A DNA stretch of 64,000 nt from Schmidtea polychroa (lineage: Eukaryota): the NCBI GenBank assembly GCA_044892525.1, contig CM097886.1, forward strand, positions 100,316,001-100,380,000. Direction: 5' to 3'. Both the position numbers and the translations under genes were made by a program. A model generated the notes under the pieces. It was given only the letters and a program-made list of their open reading frames with translations. It was not told where the DNA came from and ran no database searches. Position 1 is the stretch's first letter. Each line of letters starts with the position of its first letter. Positions 44,523 to 55,766 of this stretch are shown here, one piece after another.

Positions 44523-45250
44523 TGTTGAGTTTTTATTTGTAAGTCGGTCCTTTCTCTGACTCCTCGTGTTCTTATTTTTACCAAATTAATGAAAACTCAA
44601 CACGAAATAACTTTATTTGATTTTTATCACAATTACAATTTGTCACTATTTGCACCTTTCTCTCAATTCGAATTTATTTCGTTAAGGTAAGAAACCCAAG
44701 GGGCAATTACCTTTTCTTGTACGAGTCTAGCTTCTTTATAATTCACAAATTTCCTCTTTTGACTTGTCCTTGCTGGATTTTCTGTTTAGCTTTTCCTTTT
44801 TCTCTTCAACCAAATGGCGGCTTTCTCATTTCTAAGCTCTCCTTTTATACTGTGTCTAAGAGGCCAATTATCTAGCAAATTCAAATTAATTGTTTCCCCG
44901 AGCACCCTAAGTAAATTTTGAAAGGTTCGACAATTATTTTAATTTGTTTACCCTGAAATTATAAATCGAATTATTATTACCTTATCTGGTGTCTCGGGTC
45001 TCACTGCGCATCGGGTTTTCTTCAGTGCTCGGGTTTCCCATGGGCTCGGGCTTTTTCTATGATCACCCTATTACATTTTTATTATGCTTTCTAACCTCGT
45101 CTAACAATTTGGCATTCAACCATACCCGATACCCGATTTTTAATTTTCATTAAATTTTAATTAATTTTGTACTTATATTGATTTTACCGATTTTTGTTCT
45201 GCTTTCTGGTACCATGTGAAATTTATTTTGTTTTTGCTCTAACCCCAACA
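44523..45250 (-). repeat. 3' LTR of Gypsy element
   Basis: TGTTGAGTTTTT...ACCCCAACA; matches 57005-57811. Confidence 0.95.
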
Positions 45251-45264
45251 TATCTCCCCCCTTT
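45251..45264 (-). other. Polypurine tract AAAGGGGGGAGATA
   Basis: Abuts the 3' LTR on the minus strand. Confidence 0.85.
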
Positions 45265-45435
45265 AATTAAGATTCGTCCTTGAATCTATTCAATTATTAA
45301 TTATTTATTAAGATGGTAGAGTATTCTCAATACCATAATGATACTTTACAGTAATTTTATAATAATAGTATCACTAAGGAACTGCAATCACTAAATCATA
45401 ACCGAAAATCCATTCAAGTTACAGTTAATTCAAGT

Positions 45436-45753
45436 ATGAAGACAGAAGAATTAATGAGCGCCATCAGAAATAAAATACCGTTCAATTTAGAATGGGCCTA
45501 TCTAACTCATCACGGTCAACAACTTCGTTCTGGGGTTAGTTTAAGAGATCAAAATGTCAAAAATACTGACGGGTGTTTTGTGATTATTTATCCCCAGCTT
45601 TCAGGTTGTTTTATCCAAATCCAATCTACACAGTCGGAAATAGATAAAAGTTTCAAAGAAGAGATCTCATGTCAGTCGACAGGGAACAGTTCATGTAAAA
45701 AAAATGATTCGATAGTAATCGGAAAAAAAAACATGGAAAAATATCTCCAATAA
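45436..45753 (+). CDS. Antisense ORF with a diverged ubiquitin-like domain (domain starts upstream, near 45376)
   Basis: RKSIQVTVNSSMKTEELMSAIRNK...YLTHHGQQLRSGVSLRDQNV follows the ubiquitin-fold pattern. Confidence 0.55.
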   Translation: MKTEELMSAIRNKIPFNLEWAYLTHHGQQLRSGVSLRDQNVKNTDGCFVIIYPQLSGCFIQIQSTQSEIDKSFKEEISCQSTGNSSCKKNDSIVIGKKNMEKYLQ

Positions 45754-46142
45754 TCTTCAACATCTCAATAAAAATGTGGGGATCATTTAAAAAAAATTGA
45801 GAACATTTCCAATAGTAAATATTATGGAAATTCGGTGATGGATGAAGATTTATCTTGGGACCAGAAAATATCTTTCAATAATTCTATAGATACAAATATT
45901 GAAAACGTGATTGTAACAGTATTCGAAGCGGAAAAAGACGGCTGGATTCACATCAAGGGTCACAATAACACAGAGAAAGATTCCGGAAAAATTTTGTGGC
46001 TTTTGGTGGTTTAATTCTATATTGTATAACTATTATAACAACAGTTGGTTAGATAATTTAGATTTGCATAATTAGAATTATACCTACAATTTAGGATATT
46101 TTAAAAATTGACAAATTAAATTCCTTTTATTATATTTAAAAA

Positions 46143-46321
46143 NNNNNNNNNNNNNNNNNNNNNNNNNNNNNNNNNNNNNNNNNNNNNNNNNNNNNNNNNN
46201 NNNNNNNNNNNNNNNNNNNNNNNNNNNNNNNNNNNNNNNNNNNNNNNNNNNNNNNNNNNNNNNNNNNNNNNNNNNNNNNNNNNNNNNNNNNNNNNNNNNN
46301 NNNNNNNNNNNNNNNNNNNNN
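46143..46321. other. Assembly gap (179 N)
   Basis: Run of N. Confidence 1.
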
Positions 46322-46463
46322 TTATTTGATTATTTTATTTATTTGTTCATTTATTCGCTTTGATTATTTTATTTATTTAATTCAATATTCAATTATGGGA
46401 TGGGATGCCAAAATATATATAAGACGAGGGAAAGTTTTTATTACATGATATATATAACAATAA

Positions 46464-47906
46464 TCAGTCAATCTTCAATTCTATTTCTCCCGCCTCACTC
46501 TTGTAGCGGATATATGTTTTCTCCCGATAATAGACTATTCCATTCACCATGATGGACTCGCTGGCTTCGATTTTTGTTGTTGATTTTCTTTTTCTATTCT
46601 CTAAATGAAGAATAGGCCCATGTTCAAATGATGCCGGAATTCTGTGAATCGATAAACTTATTATCATTTCGAGGCTTTCCTTGATCGGATCCAAATATTC
46701 TTCAGTTGCCCATTTCAACGGTGCTTCGTCAATTTCCATTTGTTCTTCAATTGTTAGATCGACTTGTTCAACTATCTCGAAGGATGTTCCACTCGTTGTT
46801 GGTACTTTGTCCACCGCATAAAGTTTTTGATATTCGGCCAAAGAATATTTCTTTGATGGGACTATTTTCTGGATTTTTACATCATCTTCCCATAAATTCT
46901 CAATTTTCCTGTACACTCTCCGTACATTTTTGACATCTTCCAATGCTGAGTGAATGCCAGTTTGTGTTTGTTCTCCGAATAATTCTTCAACCACTGTTTT
47001 GAGTTTAAAGAATTCTCCTATCCTTGTTATTCCTTTCAGTTGGAGTGCCTGTGATGTTGCTAGATCCCTAATTCCGTACAATTGATTTGTCCAGATTTTC
47101 AAATGTTCCAATTCTGCATGAAGATCATGTCTCACTAAATTTTTTCCAACAGTTGGTTTTTGAACTTCTCGCATCTCCGTATACTGGTCGCATTGGTTTC
47201 TACTGGCAATCTCTGTGATACCATGAATGCTGGAATTGAAATGACGCAATCTTCCTCTTGGTGTCAAATATGAATTTTTAATTATTTTTCCTTCGTAACT
47301 CATCATCGCTATTGACAATGGAATCATTTTATTATTTTCTGATGTTCCATATTCTGCATCCATAAACACGATTCGGTTCCGTATCTCCTCCAGACTCATT
47401 TCCTTTCGAATAAATGACAATCTTCTTTTCAGCATTTCTGTAGTAATTGGAAGCATTGTTGGATCATCTGGCGATTTTGAAGTGGTTTGTGGAATTTCAT
47501 TTTCCTCGTTCGGGCTTCGTGTTTCCACAACAACTCTTGAATCTTCATTGGATGCTCTCAACTTTTTCCTCAAGGTTTCTTTCTGCAGTTTCCACGATGA
47601 TCCTTGGTGTAATTCCCAATAGACTTTTTGTCGTTCGTCTATCACCTCCACTTTCCCTTTGATCACGTGTAGCGTGTACTCATTCCAATCCTTGATTTCA
47701 TCTTCTTCTATTATTTTCACCGATTTCCGGCTCACTTTAAAAATTCGGGGTTTCATTTTTCTGTCATCAACCCTCAAGTAGTTTGGTATCTTCCGGTTGT
47801 CATTGATGGTGATGGCATCTTGTCCCACGTGGTTGCGGTGTATCTTCAAATATCCGTCATAAATTGCTCTTGTCCTTTGGATTTGTTCCATTACTGAAAT
47901 ATTCAC
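46464..47906 (-). CDS. Cupin-like plus DEDDh 3'-5' exonuclease (REX4/ISG20-like) cargo gene, intact ORF
   Basis: Exo I VFMDAEYG, FNSSIHGITE, Exo III HSALEDV; N-terminal YTLHVIKGKVEV...LHQGSSWKL cupin-like motif. Confidence 0.8.
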   Translation of the reverse strand: MNISVMEQIQRTRAIYDGYLKIHRNHVGQDAITINDNRKIPNYLRVDDRKMKPRIFKVSRKSVKIIEEDEIKDWNEYTLHVIKGKVEVIDERQKVYWELHQGSSWKLQKETLRKKLRASNEDSRVVVETRSPNEENEIPQTTSKSPDDPTMLPITTEMLKRRLSFIRKEMSLEEIRNRIVFMDAEYGTSENNKMIPLSIAMMSYEGKIIKNSYLTPRGRLRHFNSSIHGITEIASRNQCDQYTEMREVQKPTVGKNLVRHDLHAELEHLKIWTNQLYGIRDLATSQALQLKGITRIGEFFKLKTVVEELFGEQTQTGIHSALEDVKNVRRVYRKIENLWEDDVKIQKIVPSKKYSLAEYQKLYAVDKVPTTSGTSFEIVEQVDLTIEEQMEIDEAPLKWATEEYLDPIKESLEMIISLSIHRIPASFEHGPILHLENRKRKSTTKIEASESIMVNGIVYYREKTYIRYKSEAGEIELKID

Positions 47907-48275
47907 TATTAAATTTGTTAGGTTTTAAGATTGAAGTGATCAACACGGTAGAGTACCTCAGGGGCACTGCCTTGGTGATCACTGTATAAATAATAAATAT
48001 TAATAAAAATTTACCTATTTAATTTTGAAGGATCTTATTTTCTTTGATTTAATTAATTAAACTGATTTTAATTATTTTTACGACCCCTTATGTACAGTTG
48101 TTAAATTTTCTTTCCCATAAAATTTTGTGTTCATAATTTTTTTTCTATTCCTCTTAGCCAATCATATTTCTCTTTGATTGAAAGGTGCAAATTTTACAAC
48201 TATCATAAAATAAAAGTTACTACTAATACAGTACTATTATAATATCATAATTGCATGCAAAATAAATGTATCTCA

Positions 48276-49490
48276 CTAGACCCATGTTTCCTCGTAGACA
48301 ATCCAAGGTTTTGAGGTCTTGGATTGACATTCATATTGTCTGTTAAGTCTTTGAAAGTAAATCAGTAGAGTGAGAAGAATGATAATGGAAAATGGTGTCA
48401 CACTGATGATGATAGATCACAAAATAACATAAGTATTTTCAAAATCATTTGATAATGAGAATGTAGTTTTGTTTCTTGGAATTTGTGTTCCATTAATAAG
48501 AGAAAAATTAATGTCATTTATGAGTTGATGAATCACATTGGTTGATGAATTGTGCATGTATTTTGAGCTTTCTGCCTCAGTTGTATCAAATTGTACTCGA
48601 ATAGATTTACTTTCCACTAGAACAATTTTCCAATGATCAGGATGAAAAGCACGTTGATAATATTTTATTTTTACAATCACAATTTTTGAAGTTGACTTTG
48701 AACGTATTTGCTGAAATATTAATATTTTAGATGTAATATTACCTTGCAATATAGCTTGCAGTTTTCCGCAATAGTAAATTTCCACTTTTTTATTGGTTAT
48801 CGCTTGTCGTGTGGCTATCCATTTTTGATTATTATATCGTAAAATAATACGATTTGGTTCATTTTCCAATTTTATGGATTGTCGAATAGACTCAATTTTT
48901 ACCCACTGGTTATCGATTTCGGTACCATTTTCACGCAAAAGCTTTTCATAATATTGCACAATGATATCATACGTTTGATTTAAATTTAAATTGTTGTAAT
49001 GGACAAAGGGTTTTCTGATGTTTAATGTATCGATAATATTATTTTGGAAGATTAATTTCACTTTTTGGGATTCGTGGGGTTCCCAATATACGTCGATTCC
49101 ATTCACTACTGGTTCTATTAAAACCAGACTGTTTAAATTTTTTGTTAATATTTCAATTTGGATTACATTACGTATTTTTGTATTATTATTTTGAAATAGT
49201 AACTCTGTTATTTGCCAAGGGTATTCATAATTGACTGTTAATTGACGAGCCACGAAAATATTTTTATTGAAATTCAACTTTACAGGTGGGTCAAAGTGAT
49301 TTAATAAATTACTTATTTCTATTTATTCCGTTGACCCACACAGATAAAACCATACTATTTGGGTACATGTTGAATATATATGAATTTTCTCCAATAATGG
49401 GACCCTTTTTATTGCATACTTTGGAAAAGATCGACCTGCATTTGTTCCCAAAACATTTAGTAGCATTATTGTTGTTATTAATAAGACTTT
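48276..49490 (-). pseudogene. Env-position type I membrane protein with FN3-like repeats, in frame with integrase (two in-frame stops)
   Basis: Signal-like VLLITTIMLLNVLGTNA, many N-x-S/T sequons, FN3-like IDVYW...NLNLNQTYDIIVQY. TM SIIISVTPFSIIILLTLLIYF follows the TGA at 48417. Confidence 0.6.
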
Positions 49491-50645
49491 AGTGGTATAT
49501 CCTAAGGGTACTGGGTTTTTAATAACTTTTTGTTTGACCACTTTTTCTTCTACTGATTTGTTCTTTTTCGATCTTAACGGATATCTATCACTCTCCATTG
49601 CCGGCACTTTCTTACAACGATTAGCATGAACTATAATTGTCCCAGCCTTTTTATTATTTTGTGGACGTAATTTCAGGTTGGTTTCTGTTGTATCACATAC
49701 AATATACAGTCCTTTATACGGTCGTTGTAACTTTGGTGACAAGCCCTTTTCTGGTTCTGGTTTATTCACATAGACTAAATCTCCTATATTAATATTATGA
49801 GCATGTGCTTTTCTGTCGTAGGATTCTTTATACGTTTCCTGGCTATGTCTTATTTTTAAACCAGCTTGAGCCCACACTGACTGTAATCTCTCATGCATAA
49901 TTACTTTATAATCGGATGTATCCATATACTGCGATATAGGTGTTTGAAATTTCAAATCAATTGGCATATTATTTCGCCGTAGATACATAAGATAAAAGGG
50001 TGTTTCACCAGTGCTTTCATTAACTGCATTTCGATATGCGAATAAACATGGTTTGATAAATAAATCCCAATCTCTTTGTTTTCGATTCACATAAGATGAT
50101 ATCATATTAATTAATGTTCCGTTAAACCTTTCTACTAGGCCATCTGTTTGTGGATGATATGGTGATGTACTAAGTTTTAATATACCAAATAGCTCCGATA
50201 TCGAACTAAATAATTCACTTTGAAAATTCGTTCCTTGATCTGTAAGTAATTTGTTTGGTGCTCCATATCGGAAAATAATGTTTTCTACTAATATTTTTGC
50301 AACTGTTTCTGCCTTTTGATTTTGCATGGCATATGCTTCTGGCCATTTAGTTAGATAGTCGCAAAATACAACGATATATTTATTGCCATTTATTGTTTCC
50401 GGCAATGGACCGACAATGTCCATTGCTGTCATTTCCATTGGCGCTGCTGGCACCGGCATAGGTCTTAGTGGAACTTTTATTTTCCTTCCTCTATTTCGTC
50501 TTGTCAAGCATACTCTACAAGTATGGCACCATTGTTTGACATCTTGTTCCATATAATACTCCCAATAATACTTCAATTTCAATTTTGATAATGTTTTTCG
50601 AGCTGATAAATGCCCTCCTAGTGCTCCATCGTGGTAAATCAACAA
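49323..50645 (-). pseudogene. pol: Gypsy integrase (frameshifted from RNase H)
   Basis: HHCC (H..GH....T...C..C), MDIVGP, LTDQGTNF, GLVERFNGTL. Confidence 0.93.
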
Positions 50646-50704
50646 TAATGCTTCTCACTGTTTTGCTGGCACTATAATTAGTAAATTTTCATTTTTTACA
50701 CATT

Positions 50705-51277
50705 TTAATAAACCCTCGTGATAATATATTTATGTTTTTCCTCAACAATATGTTTCCAATCACTCTCCTTTTTAATTGTTACTGCATTTTTTCGTAATTG
50801 ATTTAGTTCCTCATCATTTTCTTGATCATATTGTAATTCCTTTATATTATTTGCTGATTTAATTACCATAAATATTGTATAATTATAGTTCGTTTTTTCA
50901 TTATTATTATTATTTTCCTCAGGGATTCTCGACAGTGTGTCTGCATTTGCATTTGATTTACCCGTACGGTATTTAATTTCAAAATCATATTCCTGTAGTG
51001 CGATTGACCATCTAATCAACTTACTTGTTGAATCTCTATGCTTCATGAGCCATTGTAAAGGGTTATGGTCCGTAAAGACAACAAATCTTCTCCCAACTAA
51101 ATACTGTCGAAATGTAGTTATTCCATAAACTAATGCCAACGTTTCTTTTTCAATCGTAGAATAATTCTTTTCATGCGGTTTCAAAGTTCTACTCGCATAT
51201 GCGATGACGTGATCTCTTTCTCCTTCAACCTGTTGTCCTAGCACTGCGCCCAACGCAAAATTGCTCGCATCTGTCAT
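50705..51277 (-). pseudogene. pol: Gypsy RNase H (frameshifted from RT)
   Basis: TDASNFALGAVL, IAYASRTL, YSTIEKETLA, FTDHNPL. Confidence 0.93.
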
Positions 51278-51309
51278 TAGGATAAATGGTATTTTAAAAT
51301 TTGGACATC

Positions 51310-53388
51310 TTAATATTGGTTTTTAATCAGACTTTCTTTCAGCGATTCGAACGCTTCCTGTTGTGTTTTTGTCCATTTAAATTGAGCCTGCTTTTTTAAT
51401 AATATGTTCAGGGGTTGTGCTACATGCGCAAAATTTTTAATGAATTTTCTATAATAACTGGCTAATCCGAGAAATTGTCTAACATGATCTACATTTTTTG
51501 GAATTGGATAATTTTTAATTTTTTCTACATTTTCGGGGTTTGGCTGTAATCCACTTCGGGATATATTATGACCAACATAGACTACCTCTGACTTCCCCCA
51601 CTCACATTTTGAGGGTTTTATTTTTAAATTCGCCTTTAACAATCTTTGGAATACTGTTTCTACATCTTCCAAATGTTCCTGAAAGTTATTCGAAAATATT
51701 ATTATATCATCATTATAAACTAGTGCGTGTGGGATGTCTCTTAACACAAATTTCATACCTCGCTGGAACGTGGCTGGCGCTCCCGTTAAGCCAAATGGTA
51801 ACACATTGAATTCGTACAAACCTTTACCGTCTGAAAATGCCGTTTTCCTTCTATCTTCTTCTTTTGCTTTAAATTGATTATATCCCTTATTCAAATCGAT
51901 TACTGTGAAGAATTGTACTTCTCCCATTTGATCAAACATTTCCTGTGGAACTGGAATAGGGTAGGTGTCTTTTCTTGTAGCCTGATTCAATTTTCGATAA
52001 TCCACACAAAACCGTAAATCACCGTCTTTCTTTTTGACTACTACTATTGAGGATGAGAATGGTGATGAACTGTCTCTTATTATGTCAAACTCTTTCATCG
52101 CTTTTATCTCTCTATCACTTTCCTCTTGATCTATATAAGGGATTCTATACGGTCGTAATTTAATAGGAGTTTCATCGAGTAGTGGTATCTCATGTTCGAT
52201 CACCTGGGTAAGTCCCAAATCATACTCGTGCTTTGTAAACACTCTTTTGTACTTTTTTAATAATGCCATAAACTGTTGTTTTTGTGCTTCTGTCAAATCG
52301 TTGCTCGTCACTTGTGGTTTTCTATAAATTTTAACGTTTCTCGGTAATTTTTGGGCTTCTTCTGTTTTAAATTTCATTAACTTTCCTAACTTCGTGTTAG
52401 GTTTCATTTGGATAGATTTTGTGCTAAGATTAGCCATTCTCACTGGTACTGCCTGATCTTTTACTTGTACTATCTCGTCGCACATTGGCAATTCGTATTT
52501 CTCTACTAGTTTTCGACTGGGTTCGAAAACACATTCGTCATCTGACGTGTTTGCTACACTAGCATAACATATTATTTCGCTTCTTGCTGGTATTTCCAAC
52601 GTTGGATTTAAAACAACTTCTCTTGGTTTATTTGCAACTGTATCTAATTGTCCCTTTATTAATTTTCCTGTTGTCAGATCCAGCGCAATTCCTCGCAGTT
52701 GCTCCATAACATCCATACCAATTAGACATTCAACAGAGCTTTTACTCATTACTGACACATAATGTGTTATTTCTTGATTATCAATAATTAATTTGACTTC
52801 TAGCTTCCCGATTATATTCAGTACATTGTGAGACATTGATTTAATAATTTTATTCGTCGGTTTCATCTTTGCTCTCTCTTCCCTTGTCAACAGTTTATCT
52901 GACACTATAGTATGACTGGAACCGGAATCTAACAAGGCTTTGACCTTTCTCTCGTTAAATAGTATATTTGTTCGAGGTTGTTTGCCTCTATTTCCTATTG
53001 TCATCAACGCATAACTACATGGTAATCCGAGCATGTTTTTCCGTTCTATTTCAGCACTTGTTGGTTCAATCCTTTCGGCTTCTAGTTTAATATGTTCTAC
53101 TGGTTTCATTTCTTTTAGCCTTTCACTTGGATATGCTGGTGCTGTTGGAAGGAATGCCGGTGTATACCATTTTGAGAGAGTGTCGATTCCTTTAACTTTT
53201 GGCCTCTGTTCTAGTAGGCACCGTGACTCTGGTTTTACCTCGCTTTTCATTATTTCTTTTCTAAAATACATTTGCTCGTTTCTGCCATTGTCATTGTTGT
53301 TGTTATTGCCACTATTTCTGGGTATGCATCCGAGCATTCTGACACATCTACTACCGAATAAATTTTTCCCATTTCCTTTTGTGAACAA
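51310..53388 (-). pseudogene. pol: Gypsy aspartic protease plus reverse transcriptase
   Basis: LLDSGS, LRFCVDYRKLN, FNVLPFGL.GAPATFQ, YNDDII. Confidence 0.95.
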
Positions 53389-54002
53389 TCATATGCAGTC
53401 ATACAGGTTGTCTGGGTAATTATTGCGCACAAAACAATTATCATAAACATTACCCATGGAAATACCATCGTTTTTCTCAATATTGGGCTAACTCTCCCGT
53501 TTAGCGATTTATGAGGTATATTAATTTCGTTATTTTCATTTTTCGTAAGCACTTTTACCAGTTTGATCCAACCTCCATTCCTTTTTATCCAATTCATTAA
53601 ATATTCATTTAAAACTCGAGCAGCTGCGTCTATCAAATTCTCTAATTCATCTGATTCCATTATCTTATGAGCACCTATCTCTAAAACTGCATATGTTAAG
53701 CTTGTTAGTACTACTTCTTTATCAATTCCATTTTCCGTCAAAGTTTTCATGATCCCTCTATTACAAAAGTCATCATTTTCACCAAATCTCTGCATAACAC
53801 CAGGAAGTTTCTTTTCCATTCCCTTTACTGTGTCTCCCAATTCGCACTTTGTATCCACTTTTATTTCGAACATTGGATATACTATTTTAACTAAATTCTT
53901 TAATAACTCTTTTGTCTCATCCACTTCTAATTCTGACTTCACCAGGCTCTTTTTTATTTCATACAAAGTTCTAGGCTTTTTTGTCTTAATATCACTATTC
54001 AT
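53250..54002 (-). CDS. Bcl-2-like domain plus hydrophobic anchor plus glycoprotein-like stub (3' part of ORF1)
   Basis: BH2-like LMNWIKRNGGWIKLV, degenerate BH1 NGIDKEVVLTSLTY, BH3-like ELGDTV; then WVMFMIIVLCAII and AYDC..GKIYSVVDVSEC. Confidence 0.7.
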   Translation of the reverse strand: MNSDIKTKKPRTLYEIKKSLVKSELEVDETKELLKNLVKIVYPMFEIKVDTKCELGDTVKGMEKKLPGVMQRFGENDDFCNRGIMKTLTENGIDKEVVLTSLTYAVLEIGAHKIMESDELENLIDAAARVLNEYLMNWIKRNGGWIKLVKVLTKNENNEINIPHKSLNGRVSPILRKTMVFPWVMFMIIVLCAIITQTTCMTAYDCSQKEMGKIYSVVDVSECSDAYPEIVAITTTMTMAETSKCILEKK

Positions 54003-54179
54003 TTCACTTTTGGTTACTTGCCCTTCCTTTAATACTTCTGTTATTATACTTTTATCTTTATCATTAGTTCATATGTCCTTGTTTTCTAGTACACCTTCAT
54101 TTTCAACTCTTCTTTCATTTTCATCATCCCTTTCTATCTCATTATTTGACCTGTCGGACTCATATACTTTATTTGATAT

Positions 54180-55688
54180 CTAATTTTTGATTACTATTAC
54201 ATAATTTATTGAATATCCTGTATCTGAACATAAATATCCGTCTACATCTAATTCTTGAGGTATAAACTCACAATCGTATAAATATTCATCGTCATCTAAT
54301 TCTTCACTTTTAAATATCAATTGAATAATTCCATCCTTTCCCATTCTTTCAGCGGCTCTCTTTCGTAATTTACCTACCTTGGTACACCAATGTTCTTCTA
54401 TATACTCTATTTTTCCTTCATTTTTATAATCTAATGCTATTACAAATGGTTTCAATTCTATCCTGGTCTCTCTAATCTCTTTTCCAAATTTTCGTAATAA
54501 ACCTTTTAATATTTCTTTATATTTCGAGTTTTTATATATGTATGGACGTACTACATTTACAATTTCTAATTTACTATTTTCGTCAAATTCCGTTTCCTCT
54601 ACTAATTTCAACTTTTCATCAATTGCATTTTTATTCCACTCATCAAAAGCTTCTCTCAGCTCATTTACAATTTTCTGTGGATCACTTTTTACATTTTCAT
54701 AACATCTTGTCATTTTTGCTATCACTTTATTTTTATTTCCTGGTATAAAACCACAATCAATTAAAAACTCATCATTGCGTAAGCATCGATTTTTAAACTT
54801 CAATTCTATTATCTGTTTCCCATTATTTTCTTCTAATCTATTCTTTAAATCATCTACACAATCTCCTGCTTCACACCGAATGCAAGCTACTGCTTTCTCC
54901 TTTTCATCTAAAACATTAATTAACATAAAATCTAACCTTGTACTTTCTCGATATGTTTTTCCAAATATTTTCATCACATTTTCAATTTCCTTTTCGTCTT
55001 TTAAATTGGTATCATAATAATCGGCACATAACTCAATTACATTTTTCAATTTTCGTATGCCCAGTGTCATTTGACTCAATTCCTTTAGCGATGAGATTAC
55101 TTTAGATGTTTCTGTTGCTCTCTCTTCAATAAATTTGTTGATCCTCAGTATAATCATTGTTACTTTTTCTCTTTCTATGTCTTCTTTATTCAATTTCTCT
55201 TTAGAATCTGTCTCTGATCCTTCTGATTGCGACTCATACATCATGTGGTTACTCAATTCTTCGTCCGATTCGAATTTGCACATTAATCGATCCAAGCGTC
55301 TACTCATCTGCTTCATCTCATTTTCAATCCTCTCGTTAAAATCATCTGTTTGCGCAAAAGCTATATTATCAGATTGCGATTTGTCTTTCTGAAATCTCGT
55401 CTTCTTTAATATCGGCCTTTGAAATATATTATTACTCTTTGGACAAGATCTAGCCATATGTCCATAGCCTCTACAGGAATGACATTGGATTTGGCCTTGT
55501 AGGTTAACTCTGTCTCTTTGCGGTGAGGGTGATGTTGATGGAGATCTGGATCTTGCAAAACAATTTCGAGTGACATGCCCTTTCCTTCCACAATTATAGC
55601 ATTGTATGTTATCATTAGTTCTCTGGTTACTGATATTCGTTCTGTTAAAACTTTTCTCATCATTACTTTTCAGCCATTCTGACCGCAT
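54180..55688 (-). CDS. gag: Gag extension: two CCHC knuckles plus two (helical + ubiquitin-like) repeats
   Basis: CYNCGRKGHVTRNC, CHSCRGYGHMARSC; Ubl1 ~54711-54930 (ELKFKNRCLRNDEFLIDCGF), Ubl2 ~54183-54453 (QLIFKSEELDDDEYLYDCEF). Confidence 0.75.
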   Translation of the reverse strand: MRSEWLKSNDEKSFNRTNISNQRTNDNIQCYNCGRKGHVTRNCFARSRSPSTSPSPQRDRVNLQGQIQCHSCRGYGHMARSCPKSNNIFQRPILKKTRFQKDKSQSDNIAFAQTDDFNERIENEMKQMSRRLDRLMCKFESDEELSNHMMYESQSEGSETDSKEKLNKEDIEREKVTMIILRINKFIEERATETSKVISSLKELSQMTLGIRKLKNVIELCADYYDTNLKDEKEIENVMKIFGKTYRESTRLDFMLINVLDEKEKAVACIRCEAGDCVDDLKNRLEENNGKQIIELKFKNRCLRNDEFLIDCGFIPGNKNKVIAKMTRCYENVKSDPQKIVNELREAFDEWNKNAIDEKLKLVEETEFDENSKLEIVNVVRPYIYKNSKYKEILKGLLRKFGKEIRETRIELKPFVIALDYKNEGKIEYIEEHWCTKVGKLRKRAAERMGKDGIIQLIFKSEELDDDEYLYDCEFIPQELDVDGYLCSDTGYSINYVIVIKN

Positions 55689-55766
55689 CCCCTTTGGACT
55701 ATGTTGTTCGTTATTTTTGAACCAACATTGGCTATTGCTATGTCCTTTTCTTTGACAGTAATCACA

